This document shows positions 1-7,974 of a stretch of DNA of 34,203 bases, piece after piece (positions within the stretch are counted from its first letter, which is position 1; the number at the start of each line of letters is the position of its first letter). The translations under genes and the position numbers were made by a program. A model generated the notes under the pieces. The model did not search any database. It was given only the letters and a program-made list of their open reading frames with translations, and was not told where the DNA came from. The DNA is from Alphaproteobacteria bacterium (GTDB lineage: Bacteria; Patescibacteriota; Microgenomatia; UBA8517): NCBI GenBank assembly GCA_035494495.1, contig DATJGY010000054.1, forward strand, positions 1 through 34,203. The letters are read 5' to 3'.

Positions 1-345
1 TCCAGCTCATCCATTCTTAATATTGCCAATGTTGGTGAAAAACATTACAAAGCAGTAATTGAGGCTTTGAGTATTCTTAAAAAATCTCAGGAATTAGAAA
101 GAATGGTAGCCTTGGTCGGAGAAGGGGAATTGTCTCCAGATAATCAGCTTGCTTACAAAAGAGCAAGCTTGATTAAAAATTATATGACCCAGCCATTTTT
201 TGTTGTGGCCCAGGCAACAGGCAGGGAAGGAAAATATGTCCCTCTTAATAAAACTGTTGATGATATTGCTGATATTTTAAGTGGAAAATACGATTCAAAA
301 AAACCTGAAGACCTTCTATTCATCGGAGGGATCGAAAATGGATAA
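1..345 (+). CDS. atpD: ATP synthase F1 beta subunit, C-terminal fragment (5' end outside window)
   Basis: Frame 1 is open from nt 1. The translation ...VGEKHYKAVIEALSILKKSQELERMVALVGEGELSPDNQLAYKRASLIKNYMTQPFFVVAQATG... matches the conserved C-terminal domain of F1-beta. The epsilon gene follows. Confidence 0.9.
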   Translation, partial: SSSSILNIANVGEKHYKAVIEALSILKKSQELERMVALVGEGELSPDNQLAYKRASLIKNYMTQPFFVVAQATGREGKYVPLNKTVDDIADILSGKYDSKKPEDLLFIGGIENG

Positions 346-583
346 AGTTGATGTAATTGTAAGAAAGAGAGACGGAATTGTTTTTCAAGGCAAAGTTTTT
401 GCAGTTTCTTCAACTAACGAAGTAGGAGATTTTGATGTTTTGCCGGGGCACGCCAATTTTATCTGCACTATCAAAAACAAAGTGGTAATTCACTCTGACC
501 AGAACAATAAAAAGGAGTATAAAATAGATACTGGAATTTTGAGAGCAAAAGACAACAAAGTTGAAGTTTATATTGGGATTTAA
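338..583 (+). CDS. atpC: ATP synthase F1 epsilon subunit, short form (81 aa, N-terminal beta-sandwich only)
   Basis: ATG 338 overlaps the atpD stop. The motif DFDVLPGHANFI resembles the epsilon GxLPGHxP motif. Position after atpD fits. Confidence 0.75.
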   Translation: MDKVDVIVRKRDGIVFQGKVFAVSSTNEVGDFDVLPGHANFICTIKNKVVIHSDQNNKKEYKIDTGILRAKDNKVEVYIGI

Positions 584-587
584 AGTT

Positions 588-617
588 TTGACTATAATTT
601 ACTTTTTTTGATAGAAT
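588..617 (+). promoter_or_regulatory. sigma70-like promoter TTGACT-18-TAGAAT, 6 nt upstream of ATG 624 (leaderless candidate)
   Basis: Hexamers read directly: TTGACT at 588-593 and TAGAAT at 612-617. No SD lies between the -10 box and the ATG. Confidence 0.45.
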
Positions 618-623
618 CAGCAT

Positions 624-845
624 ATGAGTTTACTAAGCATATTAAGAGGTGAAACCGAAATAAAATTCAACATAGCTGAGAAAAATTTTTCAGGAAAATT
701 TAATTATCTAGAATCAAATCAATGCCAACCTTGGAGACTAGATACAACTGTAGATAATATACCAGTAACTGGTTTTGGTGAGTCGAAAAAAGAAGCGAAG
801 GAAAATTTAATACAATTCATAAAAAACCATCCATTTACCCATTGA
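624..845 (+). CDS. small hypothetical protein (73 aa), possibly a HicB/UPF0150-like fold
   Basis: Clean ORF. The segment TGFGESKKEAKENLIQFIK resembles the xGxxxEEAxxNxxEAI segment of HicB-like proteins. No HicA partner was seen. Confidence 0.4.
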   Translation: MSLLSILRGETEIKFNIAEKNFSGKFNYLESNQCQPWRLDTTVDNIPVTGFGESKKEAKENLIQFIKNHPFTH

Positions 846-885
846 CACCCCTGTTGCCCTTTGATATCTTCTGATTGACATCACA

Positions 886-1104
886 ATGGAACCAACAGTA
901 AAAAAAACAATCAAATTAAACAATCTCCCAGATCTTTTAACCGTTCGTGAAGTTGCTGAAGTTTTACGGGTTTCACCACTAACCATTAAACGATGGGGAA
1001 AAAGAGGAAAATTAACGCCAATTAGAATTAACTCCAGAGGTGACCGTCGTTATAAAAAAGAAGCAGTATTGTGGCTATTGGGAATTCAGGGAAAAGAAGA
1101 CTAA
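886..1104 (+). CDS. helix-turn-helix DNA-binding protein, excisionase/MerR-like (HTH_17 type)
   Basis: LLTVREVAEVLRVSPLTIKRWGKRGKLTPIRINSRGDRRYKKEAV is the typical excisionase-family HTH signature. Confidence 0.7.
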   Translation: MEPTVKKTIKLNNLPDLLTVREVAEVLRVSPLTIKRWGKRGKLTPIRINSRGDRRYKKEAVLWLLGIQGKED

Positions 1105-1106
1105 AT

Positions 1107-2837
1107 TTAATCCAGTTTAATTTGTAAATTCCAAAAGTGAGAGTATAAACTTTCTTTGTTTTTCAATAGTTCTTCATGAGTTCCAATTTCTTTTATTCTC
1201 CCATGTTCCATAACTACGATTTTATCAGCTCGCATAATAGTTGATAAACGATGCGCAATTATAATAGTAGTTTTATTTTTTCTTGCACGCCAGAAAGCAT
1301 CTTGAATTAACTTTTCAGATTCACTGTCCAAATGACTTGTTGCCTCGTCAAAAATAACAATGTCGGGATTACTCAAAATCATGCGCGCAATTGCTAACCT
1401 TTGTTTTTGGCCGCCGGAAAGTTTAACTCCGCGTTCACCAACTTCAGTCTCGTATTTTTTTGGCAAACTTTGTATAAAGTCATCAATATTTGCGAGTTTT
1501 GCAGCGGATTTAATATCTGAAAAATTTGGTTTATCTTTTCCGTACCCAATGTTATATGCAATAGTATTATTAAACAAAATTGGTTCTTGCGGAACAACAC
1601 CAATGAAACTTCTCAAATCACTTTTTGTGAAATCTCGAATATCAATACCGTCAATCAAAATATGGCCTGACGACAGGTCAAAGAAACGCATAAGTAATTT
1701 TACGAGTGTAGTTTTTCCTGATCCACTTCTGCCAACAAGAGCAACTGATTCACCTTTTTTAATTTTAAGTGAAATTTCTTTAATAGTATTTTTAGCTCTT
1801 TCTTTGTAGGCAAAAGAAATATCATTAAAATTAATTTCTCCAGCAACATCATCAATTTTAATTGGATGTTCTGGATCTTTAACTTCAATTTCATAGTCCA
1901 GTAGTCCAAAATATTTTTCAATATCAGCATAATTTTTAGAAATATCTTTAAAGCTCCATGTTAAATCCCAAAGTCGAGGAATGAAGTTATTAATAAAAGC
2001 CGTGACCAAAACAAAATCTCCAATATTTATTTTTCCAGATGCCGCGGCCTGTAAACTGAAAAATAAAATTGCAAAAACGCCAAGATTAATAATACTGCCA
2101 ATTGTTAAATCAACAACTCGGAAAGAATTCGCGAAATCCCAAAGAGCTTTTTTCCAATCTGTAAATTTGGTTTCAAGTCTATTTTGTTCATAATTTTCTT
2201 TAGCAAAAAGTTTTACAGTTTCATAATTAATCATGTTGTCTGTAATTACAGAAGAGATATTATCTTCCTGATTATTAAATTCAATTCTTTTAGCTAAGTT
2301 CGTTTGAAGTAAAAATTTGGCTGCAAGCGATGTCAAAATCATTGAGATAATAGCGGCAACAGTAAGTTTAATGTCGACAGTTGAGAAGAAATAAAACATG
2401 ATAATCATGCCTGTGACAGTTTCCAAAATCCTATGGTGAAGAACGTCGAAAATATTAAAAAATGCAGAGTCGCCGCGTTTGAAAATACTAATTAAACTTC
2501 CAGTACTTTTGTTGGAATGAAAAACAAAATCTAAATCTTGAACTTGTTTAAAAACTTTTGACCTTAGATTAGCTGCAGCATCAATTACATTAAAGTCTCC
2601 TGCGACATTGGTCAAAATATTAAAAATCAACCTTACTATACGAACTCCAGTGTAGATAACCAAAATCCAAATCAACTTTTGGTAATTATTATTGGGAATC
2701 TCGTCAATAAATAATTTGTAAAAATAGGGAGTTAAGTCACCTAAGATTGTAGTAACGATCACTAAAACTATAAAACCAGCAAAAGCCAATTTTTTCTGAG
2801 CAGCAAAGTGGTAAAAAGTTTTTAGAATTTGGAACAT
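1107..2837 (-). CDS. ABC exporter, fused permease/ATPase (MsbA/multidrug type)
   Basis: Walker [10 protein letters not shown], signature LSGGQKQR and Walker [10 protein letters not shown] are present, with an N-terminal multi-TM domain. There is no N-terminal C39 peptidase domain. Confidence 0.9.
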   Translation of the reverse strand: MFQILKTFYHFAAQKKLAFAGFIVLVIVTTILGDLTPYFYKLFIDEIPNNNYQKLIWILVIYTGVRIVRLIFNILTNVAGDFNVIDAAANLRSKVFKQVQDLDFVFHSNKSTGSLISIFKRGDSAFFNIFDVLHHRILETVTGMIIMFYFFSTVDIKLTVAAIISMILTSLAAKFLLQTNLAKRIEFNNQEDNISSVITDNMINYETVKLFAKENYEQNRLETKFTDWKKALWDFANSFRVVDLTIGSIINLGVFAILFFSLQAAASGKINIGDFVLVTAFINNFIPRLWDLTWSFKDISKNYADIEKYFGLLDYEIEVKDPEHPIKIDDVAGEINFNDISFAYKERAKNTIKEISLKIKKGESVALVGRSGSGKTTLVKLLMRFFDLSSGHILIDGIDIRDFTKSDLRSFIGVVPQEPILFNNTIAYNIGYGKDKPNFSDIKSAAKLANIDDFIQSLPKKYETEVGERGVKLSGGQKQRLAIARMILSNPDIVIFDEATSHLDSESEKLIQDAFWRARKNKTTIIIAHRLSTIMRADKIVVMEHGRIKEIGTHEELLKNKESLYSHFWNLQIKLD

Positions 2838-2862
2838 AGAAGTCCAATTTTACATTACTTTA

Positions 2863-2891
2863 TGCTATAATACACATACTTTCTTTATTTA
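2863..2891 (+). promoter_or_regulatory. promoter region for the 7TM/ATP-grasp operon
   Basis: An extended -10 TGcTATAAT lies at 2863-2871. A second -10-like TATTTA at 2886-2891 sits 6 nt before ATG 2898. No SD is visible. Confidence 0.4.
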
Positions 2892-2897
2892 AATCCC

Positions 2898-3683
2898 ATG
2901 CGCAAAATTTTTGTTGTCTTCTTATCTTTAATGGTTTTGGGAATTTGCCTTTTTACGCCTATTGCTGCTTTGGCCCAAAGCCCAGAAAGTTTGCTACATG
3001 GCCAGCAAGTTACCTCAGTTTGGCCATTCAATCCACTTAAATACGCCATTCGTGGGGCAGTAGCCTCAGGAGTTCCAGCCAATACAATAGTACTTCTGCT
3101 TCTTTTGCCAATTATCGCTTTTGTCATAGCTTTTGCCAGAAATGTTGTTGGAATCAGAGGTTTCGGAATTTTCTTGCCCGCCGCACTATCTGTAGTTTTT
3201 GTTGCCACAGGCCCAATTATTGGTATTGGCTTATTTTTAGTAATTGTTTTGGTTTCTACACTAGTTCGTATAGTCCTGAGAAAACTCAAAATTAAACTTC
3301 AGTATTTGCCTCGTATGGCTTTTATTCTTTGGGCAGTGGTAGTCGCGGTTCTCTCAATTTTATTTTTGGCTCCCGTTTTGAAATATCAAGCACTTTCCAA
3401 TGTTTCTATCTTTGCCGTATTAATTCTCATTTTACTTGCTGAAGATTTTATAAGAGTACAATTAGGGAAGAGTATTAAAACTGCTTTAAATTTGACTGCA
3501 GAAACACTTATTTTGTCCTTAGTTTCGTACTTTTTTATGACTCTCAAAGTTTTGCAAAATTATGTTTTATTGAATCCTGAAATCTCTCTTTTAGCCGTTG
3601 GAGCACTTGATATTTTACTCGCTAAATATTCTGGCCTCAGATTAATGGAATTTTACAGATTCAGAAAGCTCATTGCTACTTAA
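2898..3683 (+). CDS. signal peptide + 7-TM membrane protein, resembles the 7TM module that partners ATP-grasp ligases (7TM_transglut-like, without the transglutaminase domain)
   Basis: N-terminal signal-like MRKIFVVFLSLMVLGICLFTPIAALA, then seven hydrophobic spans. Motifs GIRGFGIFLPAAL and the C-terminal GLRLMEFYRFRK match my memory of PF14402. It lies directly upstream of an alpha-L-glutamate-ligase-like gene. Confidence 0.6.
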   Translation: MRKIFVVFLSLMVLGICLFTPIAALAQSPESLLHGQQVTSVWPFNPLKYAIRGAVASGVPANTIVLLLLLPIIAFVIAFARNVVGIRGFGIFLPAALSVVFVATGPIIGIGLFLVIVLVSTLVRIVLRKLKIKLQYLPRMAFILWAVVVAVLSILFLAPVLKYQALSNVSIFAVLILILLAEDFIRVQLGKSIKTALNLTAETLILSLVSYFFMTLKVLQNYVLLNPEISLLAVGALDILLAKYSGLRLMEFYRFRKLIAT

Positions 3684-3705
3684 CTATTGATCTACTGATC
3701 TTTCT

Positions 3706-5022
3706 ATGAAATTATCAAATATTCTTGGCCTCAATGCTCGTACTCAATTGTTTACCTACAAATATAATACTCGTCGTGGCAGAAATATAGCCAATTCAAA
3801 AATCCAAACAGCTAGAATCCTAAAATCGGCAGGTGTATTGCATCCCAAAATTTTTGCAAAATTTAAAGATCCAAGCAATGTTTTTGATTTTGATTGGCAA
3901 TCTCTCCCTGATAAATTTGCCCTGAAACCTTCCCGAGGATTCGGTGGCGAAGGCATTATTGTTGCCAAGAAAAAATTAAAAGATGGTTCATGGTTAACTA
4001 CTCAAAAAGAAAGAATTACAGCTGATGATTTGAAACTTCATACTTTAGACATTTTGGAAGGCGCTTATTCTATGGGAAATGTTCCTGATGTAGCTTTTAT
4101 TCAAGATTATGTCGGCCGCCACAAAGCTTTTAGGCGTTGGGCATATCGAGGCACGCCTGATATCCGCATTATTATTTTTAATAAAGTTCCCATTATGGCC
4201 ATGCTCCGGCTTCCTACAAAAGAATCGGGAGGACGAGCTAATTTGCATCAAGGAGCTCTTGGAGTTGGAGTTGATATTGCAACTGGAATTACGACACGAG
4301 CTATTTGGAATGACCAACAAATAGTTTTTAAACCTGGGACAACTAAGAAACTCCGAGGTATAAAAATACCCAACTGGACAAGTATTTTAGAAACCGCAGT
4401 GAACGCCCAAATAGCCTCAGGGCTTGGATATATTGGTGTTGATATGGTTTTAGATCCTGAAAAAGGTCCAATGGTTTTGGAATTGAATGCCCAGCCTGGA
4501 TTAGGAATTCAACTGGCTAACATGGAAGGCCTTAAATCTCGGCTTGACCGGGTTGATGACTTGGAGGTAAAAGATGCCGAGCATGGAGTTAAAATTGCCA
4601 AAGCCTTATTTGCGGGGAGATTTGCCAGTAGAGTGAATCTTGAGGAAGGTATTAAAACGATTAAAGCAGTTGAAAAAGTTAAAGTTTTGTCTAGCCTTGG
4701 CAAAAAGGTTGAAGTTTTGGCTAAGATCGATACTGGTGCTTGGAGCAGTGCGATTGATGCCGATTTAGCCCGTGAATTGGGAATTTTCACAAAAAGCAAA
4801 GTTTTATTTAAAAAGAAAAAATTAAGCGCATTAGGTGAAGAGGAGAGGCCGGTTATTCCGATGACTTTTTGGTTAGCTGGGAATAAAATCTCAACAAAAG
4901 TAACGGTGGCGGATAGAAGCGATTTGAGATATCAAGTGTTAATAGGTAGGATTGATTTGAATGGTTTTTTGGTTAGCCCAGAAATTGATCAAGAAAATCT
5001 TAGAGAAGCTAAATGGAACTAA
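3706..5022 (+). CDS. alpha-L-glutamate-ligase-like ATP-grasp enzyme fused to a C-terminal RimB/retropepsin-like peptidase domain
   Basis: ATP-grasp motifs: ALKPSRGFGGEGIIV, DIRIIIF, GRANLHQGALGVGVD and GVDMVLDPEKGPMVLELNAQPG. C-terminal peptidase motifs: AKIDTGAWSS (DTGA at nt 4729-4740) and DRSDLRYQVLIGRIDLNGFLVSP, typical of the PF05618 family. Confidence 0.75.
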   Translation: MKLSNILGLNARTQLFTYKYNTRRGRNIANSKIQTARILKSAGVLHPKIFAKFKDPSNVFDFDWQSLPDKFALKPSRGFGGEGIIVAKKKLKDGSWLTTQKERITADDLKLHTLDILEGAYSMGNVPDVAFIQDYVGRHKAFRRWAYRGTPDIRIIIFNKVPIMAMLRLPTKESGGRANLHQGALGVGVDIATGITTRAIWNDQQIVFKPGTTKKLRGIKIPNWTSILETAVNAQIASGLGYIGVDMVLDPEKGPMVLELNAQPGLGIQLANMEGLKSRLDRVDDLEVKDAEHGVKIAKALFAGRFASRVNLEEGIKTIKAVEKVKVLSSLGKKVEVLAKIDTGAWSSAIDADLARELGIFTKSKVLFKKKKLSALGEEERPVIPMTFWLAGNKISTKVTVADRSDLRYQVLIGRIDLNGFLVSPEIDQENLREAKWN

Positions 5023-5023
5023 A

Positions 5024-5914
5024 ATGAAAAAAATATTAATTTTAACAAGCGGTAAAAAAAGCAAACTCAGATCTTTTAAATTGTCTCTGCGAGATCTAAA
5101 AATTGATCTAACCACAGCCTCGTTTGATGATATTTATTTTGATTCAAATAGTCGAGATTTGATGCTGAAAGGGGAAATCAAACTAACTGATTTTAAAGTA
5201 ATTTATTTTAGATTGGTAGGAAAAAGTTTAGAAACTGCCAGTTTGGTTGCTGAATATGCTAAGAAAAAATGGATTAAAATTATCGACAAAATATACACTA
5301 AATCCCAAGTTTTCCCAATAACTCAAAGTAAGGCTTTGGAGATGAAAGCACTTGCTGATGCTAAAGTTTCCATTCCAAAGACGTTTTTTGGATCAGTTGC
5401 AGAAATTACTAAAAAAGGGCCTACAATGTTTAATTTCCCATTTGTTATTAAAAGCACTTCCGGCAGAAAAGGAAGAGAAGTTTATAGCCCGCAAAATATT
5501 AAAGAACTTCGTGAATTATCAAAAGTTTTAAGTGATGAAGAAAAATCAGGTAAAAGTTTTTTTGCTCAGGAATTCATTAATTGTACAAAAAGAATTAGAG
5601 TTCTAATCGTTGGTGGCAAAATACTTGGAGCAATTAGTCAAGGAACTAAATGGAGAAAAAGAGTTTCTGGCTATGTTCCGGACGAAAATGAGAAAAAAAT
5701 AGAAAAATTTGGGATGAGCAAGATCATTGAAAAGTTGTCATTAGCCGCTTTTTACGCAGTTGGAATTGACATTGCCGGAATTGATATTTTGATTGACGAA
5801 GTAACCGGCAAATATTTGGTGATCGAGGTAAATGCAGCTCCATCTTGGAAATTGATTAAAAAATATTGCAAGATTAATGTTGAATATGAAATCCTTAAAT
5901 TTGTATCAAAATAA
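5024..5914 (+). CDS. RimK-type ATP-grasp ligase paralog 1
   Basis: ATG 5024 lies 1 nt after the upstream stop. Motifs: FPFVIKSTSGRKGREVY, AQEFINCTKRIRVLIVGGKILGAI and GIDILIDEVTGKYLVIEVNAAPS. Confidence 0.7.
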   Translation: MKKILILTSGKKSKLRSFKLSLRDLKIDLTTASFDDIYFDSNSRDLMLKGEIKLTDFKVIYFRLVGKSLETASLVAEYAKKKWIKIIDKIYTKSQVFPITQSKALEMKALADAKVSIPKTFFGSVAEITKKGPTMFNFPFVIKSTSGRKGREVYSPQNIKELRELSKVLSDEEKSGKSFFAQEFINCTKRIRVLIVGGKILGAISQGTKWRKRVSGYVPDENEKKIEKFGMSKIIEKLSLAAFYAVGIDIAGIDILIDEVTGKYLVIEVNAAPSWKLIKKYCKINVEYEILKFVSK

Positions 5915-6488
5915 TTTCAAAAAATTTGGAGTTGACCATAAATCTCTTTTGTGGAAAACGCGTGGCGCGGCCCATCAGAGATTTAGACAATTTTGGAAAG
6001 AAATAAACTTTGACAACAAAAAAGTTTTGGATATTGGTTGTGGTTTTGGTGAGTTTGGAAAGTTTTTGTTAAAGAGATATAAGAATGTTGATTATACGGG
6101 GATTGATATTAATCCAGAATTTATCGCAGCAGCGTCGAAATTAGTTTTGGGAGGAAGATTTGAGGTTGCAGATTTCAATAAATTAGATAGTAAATATCAG
6201 GTTGTGATTGCATCAGGGGTCTTAAATTCGAACACAGAAGGCGACAATTTGGAACACAGAAAAAATGCAATCCAAAAAATGTTTGATCTAACTTCACATG
6301 TTTTGGCTTTTAATATGTTGGGTGGTCACCCAGCTCCAAAAAACAAAAAGGACAGTAATGTTTGGTATGTAGATAGTTTGGAGATTTTGGAATTTTGTAT
6401 GACGTTAACTTCACGAGTAATTCTGCGACAAAATTATCATTCAAAAGATTTTACAATTTTTTTGTACAAAGGGAGGAAAGAGGTATAA
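5877..6488 (+). CDS. class I SAM-dependent methyltransferase
   Basis: Motif I VLDIGCGFGEFG, followed by YTGIDIN and VIASGVL. The start could be 5877 or 5886. It overlaps the upstream gene's 3' end. Confidence 0.8.
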   Translation: MLNMKSLNLYQNNFKKFGVDHKSLLWKTRGAAHQRFRQFWKEINFDNKKVLDIGCGFGEFGKFLLKRYKNVDYTGIDINPEFIAAASKLVLGGRFEVADFNKLDSKYQVVIASGVLNSNTEGDNLEHRKNAIQKMFDLTSHVLAFNMLGGHPAPKNKKDSNVWYVDSLEILEFCMTLTSRVILRQNYHSKDFTIFLYKGRKEV

Positions 6489-6496
6489 TACAACAT

Positions 6497-7072
6497 ATGG
6501 ATACAGAACAAGAAAATTACAACCACAATCTGATCGAAGTTGGCGAGTGGTTTGGTGATATGGAAAAAACTGGGGAAGTTAGAAAAATTGATCAGGTCAC
6601 ATTAAATATAACTTTCGATAGTTTAGGTGGTTCACTGGAGATTAAAGAAGAGGAAGAAAAGTCTCTTAAAGAATACACAAATAAAGCCAGTAAAGAAGGA
6701 ATGATTGCAATTTGGGGAGAATCGAGAATGAAAGATTTTAATAATTTTTGTAAGAGTTGGATAGTCAATTTTGAAAATACTGATGGTAATAAAGAACTCC
6801 CAAAGTTAGACCAATCAGGCAAAAAAAATTCCGGAATGAAACAGTTTTTTCATGAAGTAACTGCTTACGCCTATGGAATTATGGATGAAGAAACATTTGG
6901 TCTTTTTACAGAAACTCGAATTGAAAATGGAAAGTTATGGCAAGAAGGCAAAAAAGATCAAAGAGAAAAGTTAGAAACTCCAAGTTCTAAAGGTGAAAAA
7001 ATATTAATTAGTTCAATTCCGCCTGGATTTATTCCGGATTTTTGGAATTGGTTAAAAACTTCAAAAAAATAA
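6497..7072 (+). CDS. hypothetical acidic protein (191 aa), no recognisable family
   Basis: ATG 6497 lies 8 nt after the methyltransferase stop. Same strand, embedded between ligase genes. No motif recognised. Confidence 0.5.
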   Translation: MDTEQENYNHNLIEVGEWFGDMEKTGEVRKIDQVTLNITFDSLGGSLEIKEEEEKSLKEYTNKASKEGMIAIWGESRMKDFNNFCKSWIVNFENTDGNKELPKLDQSGKKNSGMKQFFHEVTAYAYGIMDEETFGLFTETRIENGKLWQEGKKDQREKLETPSSKGEKILISSIPPGFIPDFWNWLKTSKK

Positions 7073-7074
7073 AA

Positions 7075-7974
7075 TTGAAAAAAATATTAATCCTTGCTGG
7101 GCAGCGAAATGAAAACAAAGATAAATTTATTGAATATCTTACCGAATATTTTCGTGATAAAAATATAGAAATTGATTTGGATATTTTTTCCAATGTTTCT
7201 GTTTTGTTAAATCAAAATAAAGTTGAGATGTTTGTAGGAGACAAAGACATTCGTGATTTTGATTTAGTGTACTTTCGTTCCACAAAAGGTTTCCAAGCTC
7301 TAGCTAAAACCATGGCCACAATTTTGGATTTTTTAGAAATAAAATATATTGATAAAGTTTGGGGAAAAGCTGCTGCGGTGGGGGACAAACTCACATCTTT
7401 TGCTAGGTTAACCACACAAAAATTGCCCGTTATCCCAACTCTTTTTTGCAATGTAAGTAATAAAAAAAAGATACAAGATTTTGCCAGTGAGGTTAATTAT
7501 CCTCTCATTGCCAAAGATTTGGTGGCGCAAAGATTGGAAGGAATATATGTTATCCATTCGATTAATGACATCAATAAATTGCCCGAAGTTAAAGAAAGTG
7601 GTGCAATTGTAAATTATTTATTTCAAAAATTTATTGACATAAAAGCAGAATATAGATTAGTAGTTTTGGGAGATACAGTTCAAGTAACTCATACAAAAGT
7701 TGCTAGAAATTATTCCGGGCATAAAGTTCATCATTTGGATGAAAACAGTACAATTGAATTTTTGGATTCAAATATAATGGATGAAGTAAATAAAATAGCA
7801 GTTAACGGAGCAAAAGCCTTGGATCTTAATATTGCAGGTGTTGATATCTGTATCGAAAAAAGTACCAATAAACCTTGGATAATTGAAGTTAATCGTGGGC
7901 CGGGAATAGATTACGATACTACTTTCTCTCCCGAAATGTCAGAATTCGCCAAATACTTGGAAAAAATTGTATGA
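7075..7974 (+). CDS. RimK-type ATP-grasp ligase paralog 2 (glycine-rich loop degenerate)
   Basis: TTG 7075 gives an N-terminus (M)KKILILAG parallel to paralog 1 (MKKILILTSG). TTG 7042 is an alternative start. Motifs: YRLVVLGDTV and GVDICIEKSTNKPWIIEVNRGPG. The loop YPLIAKDLVAQRLEG lacks the usual GxG. Confidence 0.6.
   Translation: MKKILILAGQRNENKDKFIEYLTEYFRDKNIEIDLDIFSNVSVLLNQNKVEMFVGDKDIRDFDLVYFRSTKGFQALAKTMATILDFLEIKYIDKVWGKAAAVGDKLTSFARLTTQKLPVIPTLFCNVSNKKKIQDFASEVNYPLIAKDLVAQRLEGIYVIHSINDINKLPEVKESGAIVNYLFQKFIDIKAEYRLVVLGDTVQVTHTKVARNYSGHKVHHLDENSTIEFLDSNIMDEVNKIAVNGAKALDLNIAGVDICIEKSTNKPWIIEVNRGPGIDYDTTFSPEMSEFAKYLEKIV

Noticed and set aside
842-880. Direct repeat ATTGACA(C/T)C at 841-849 and 874-882 upstream of the HTH gene, as an operator pair or promoter.
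   Set aside because: Only the TTGACA words are shared, and the candidate -10 (TATCTT) is weak. This is not enough evidence for a regulatory call.
1360-1809. Plus-strand ORF of 149 aa inside the ABC transporter gene. Similar shadow ORFs lie at 1394-1603, 1700-1930 and 1981-2193.
   Set aside because: It is antisense to a gene with unambiguous ABC motifs. The translation is low-complexity with no motifs, typical of shadow ORFs.
2885-3289. Minus-strand ORF of 134 aa overlapping the 7TM gene.
   Set aside because: The plus-strand frame gives a coherent signal peptide plus 7-TM protein with operon context. The minus-strand frame has no start context or motifs.
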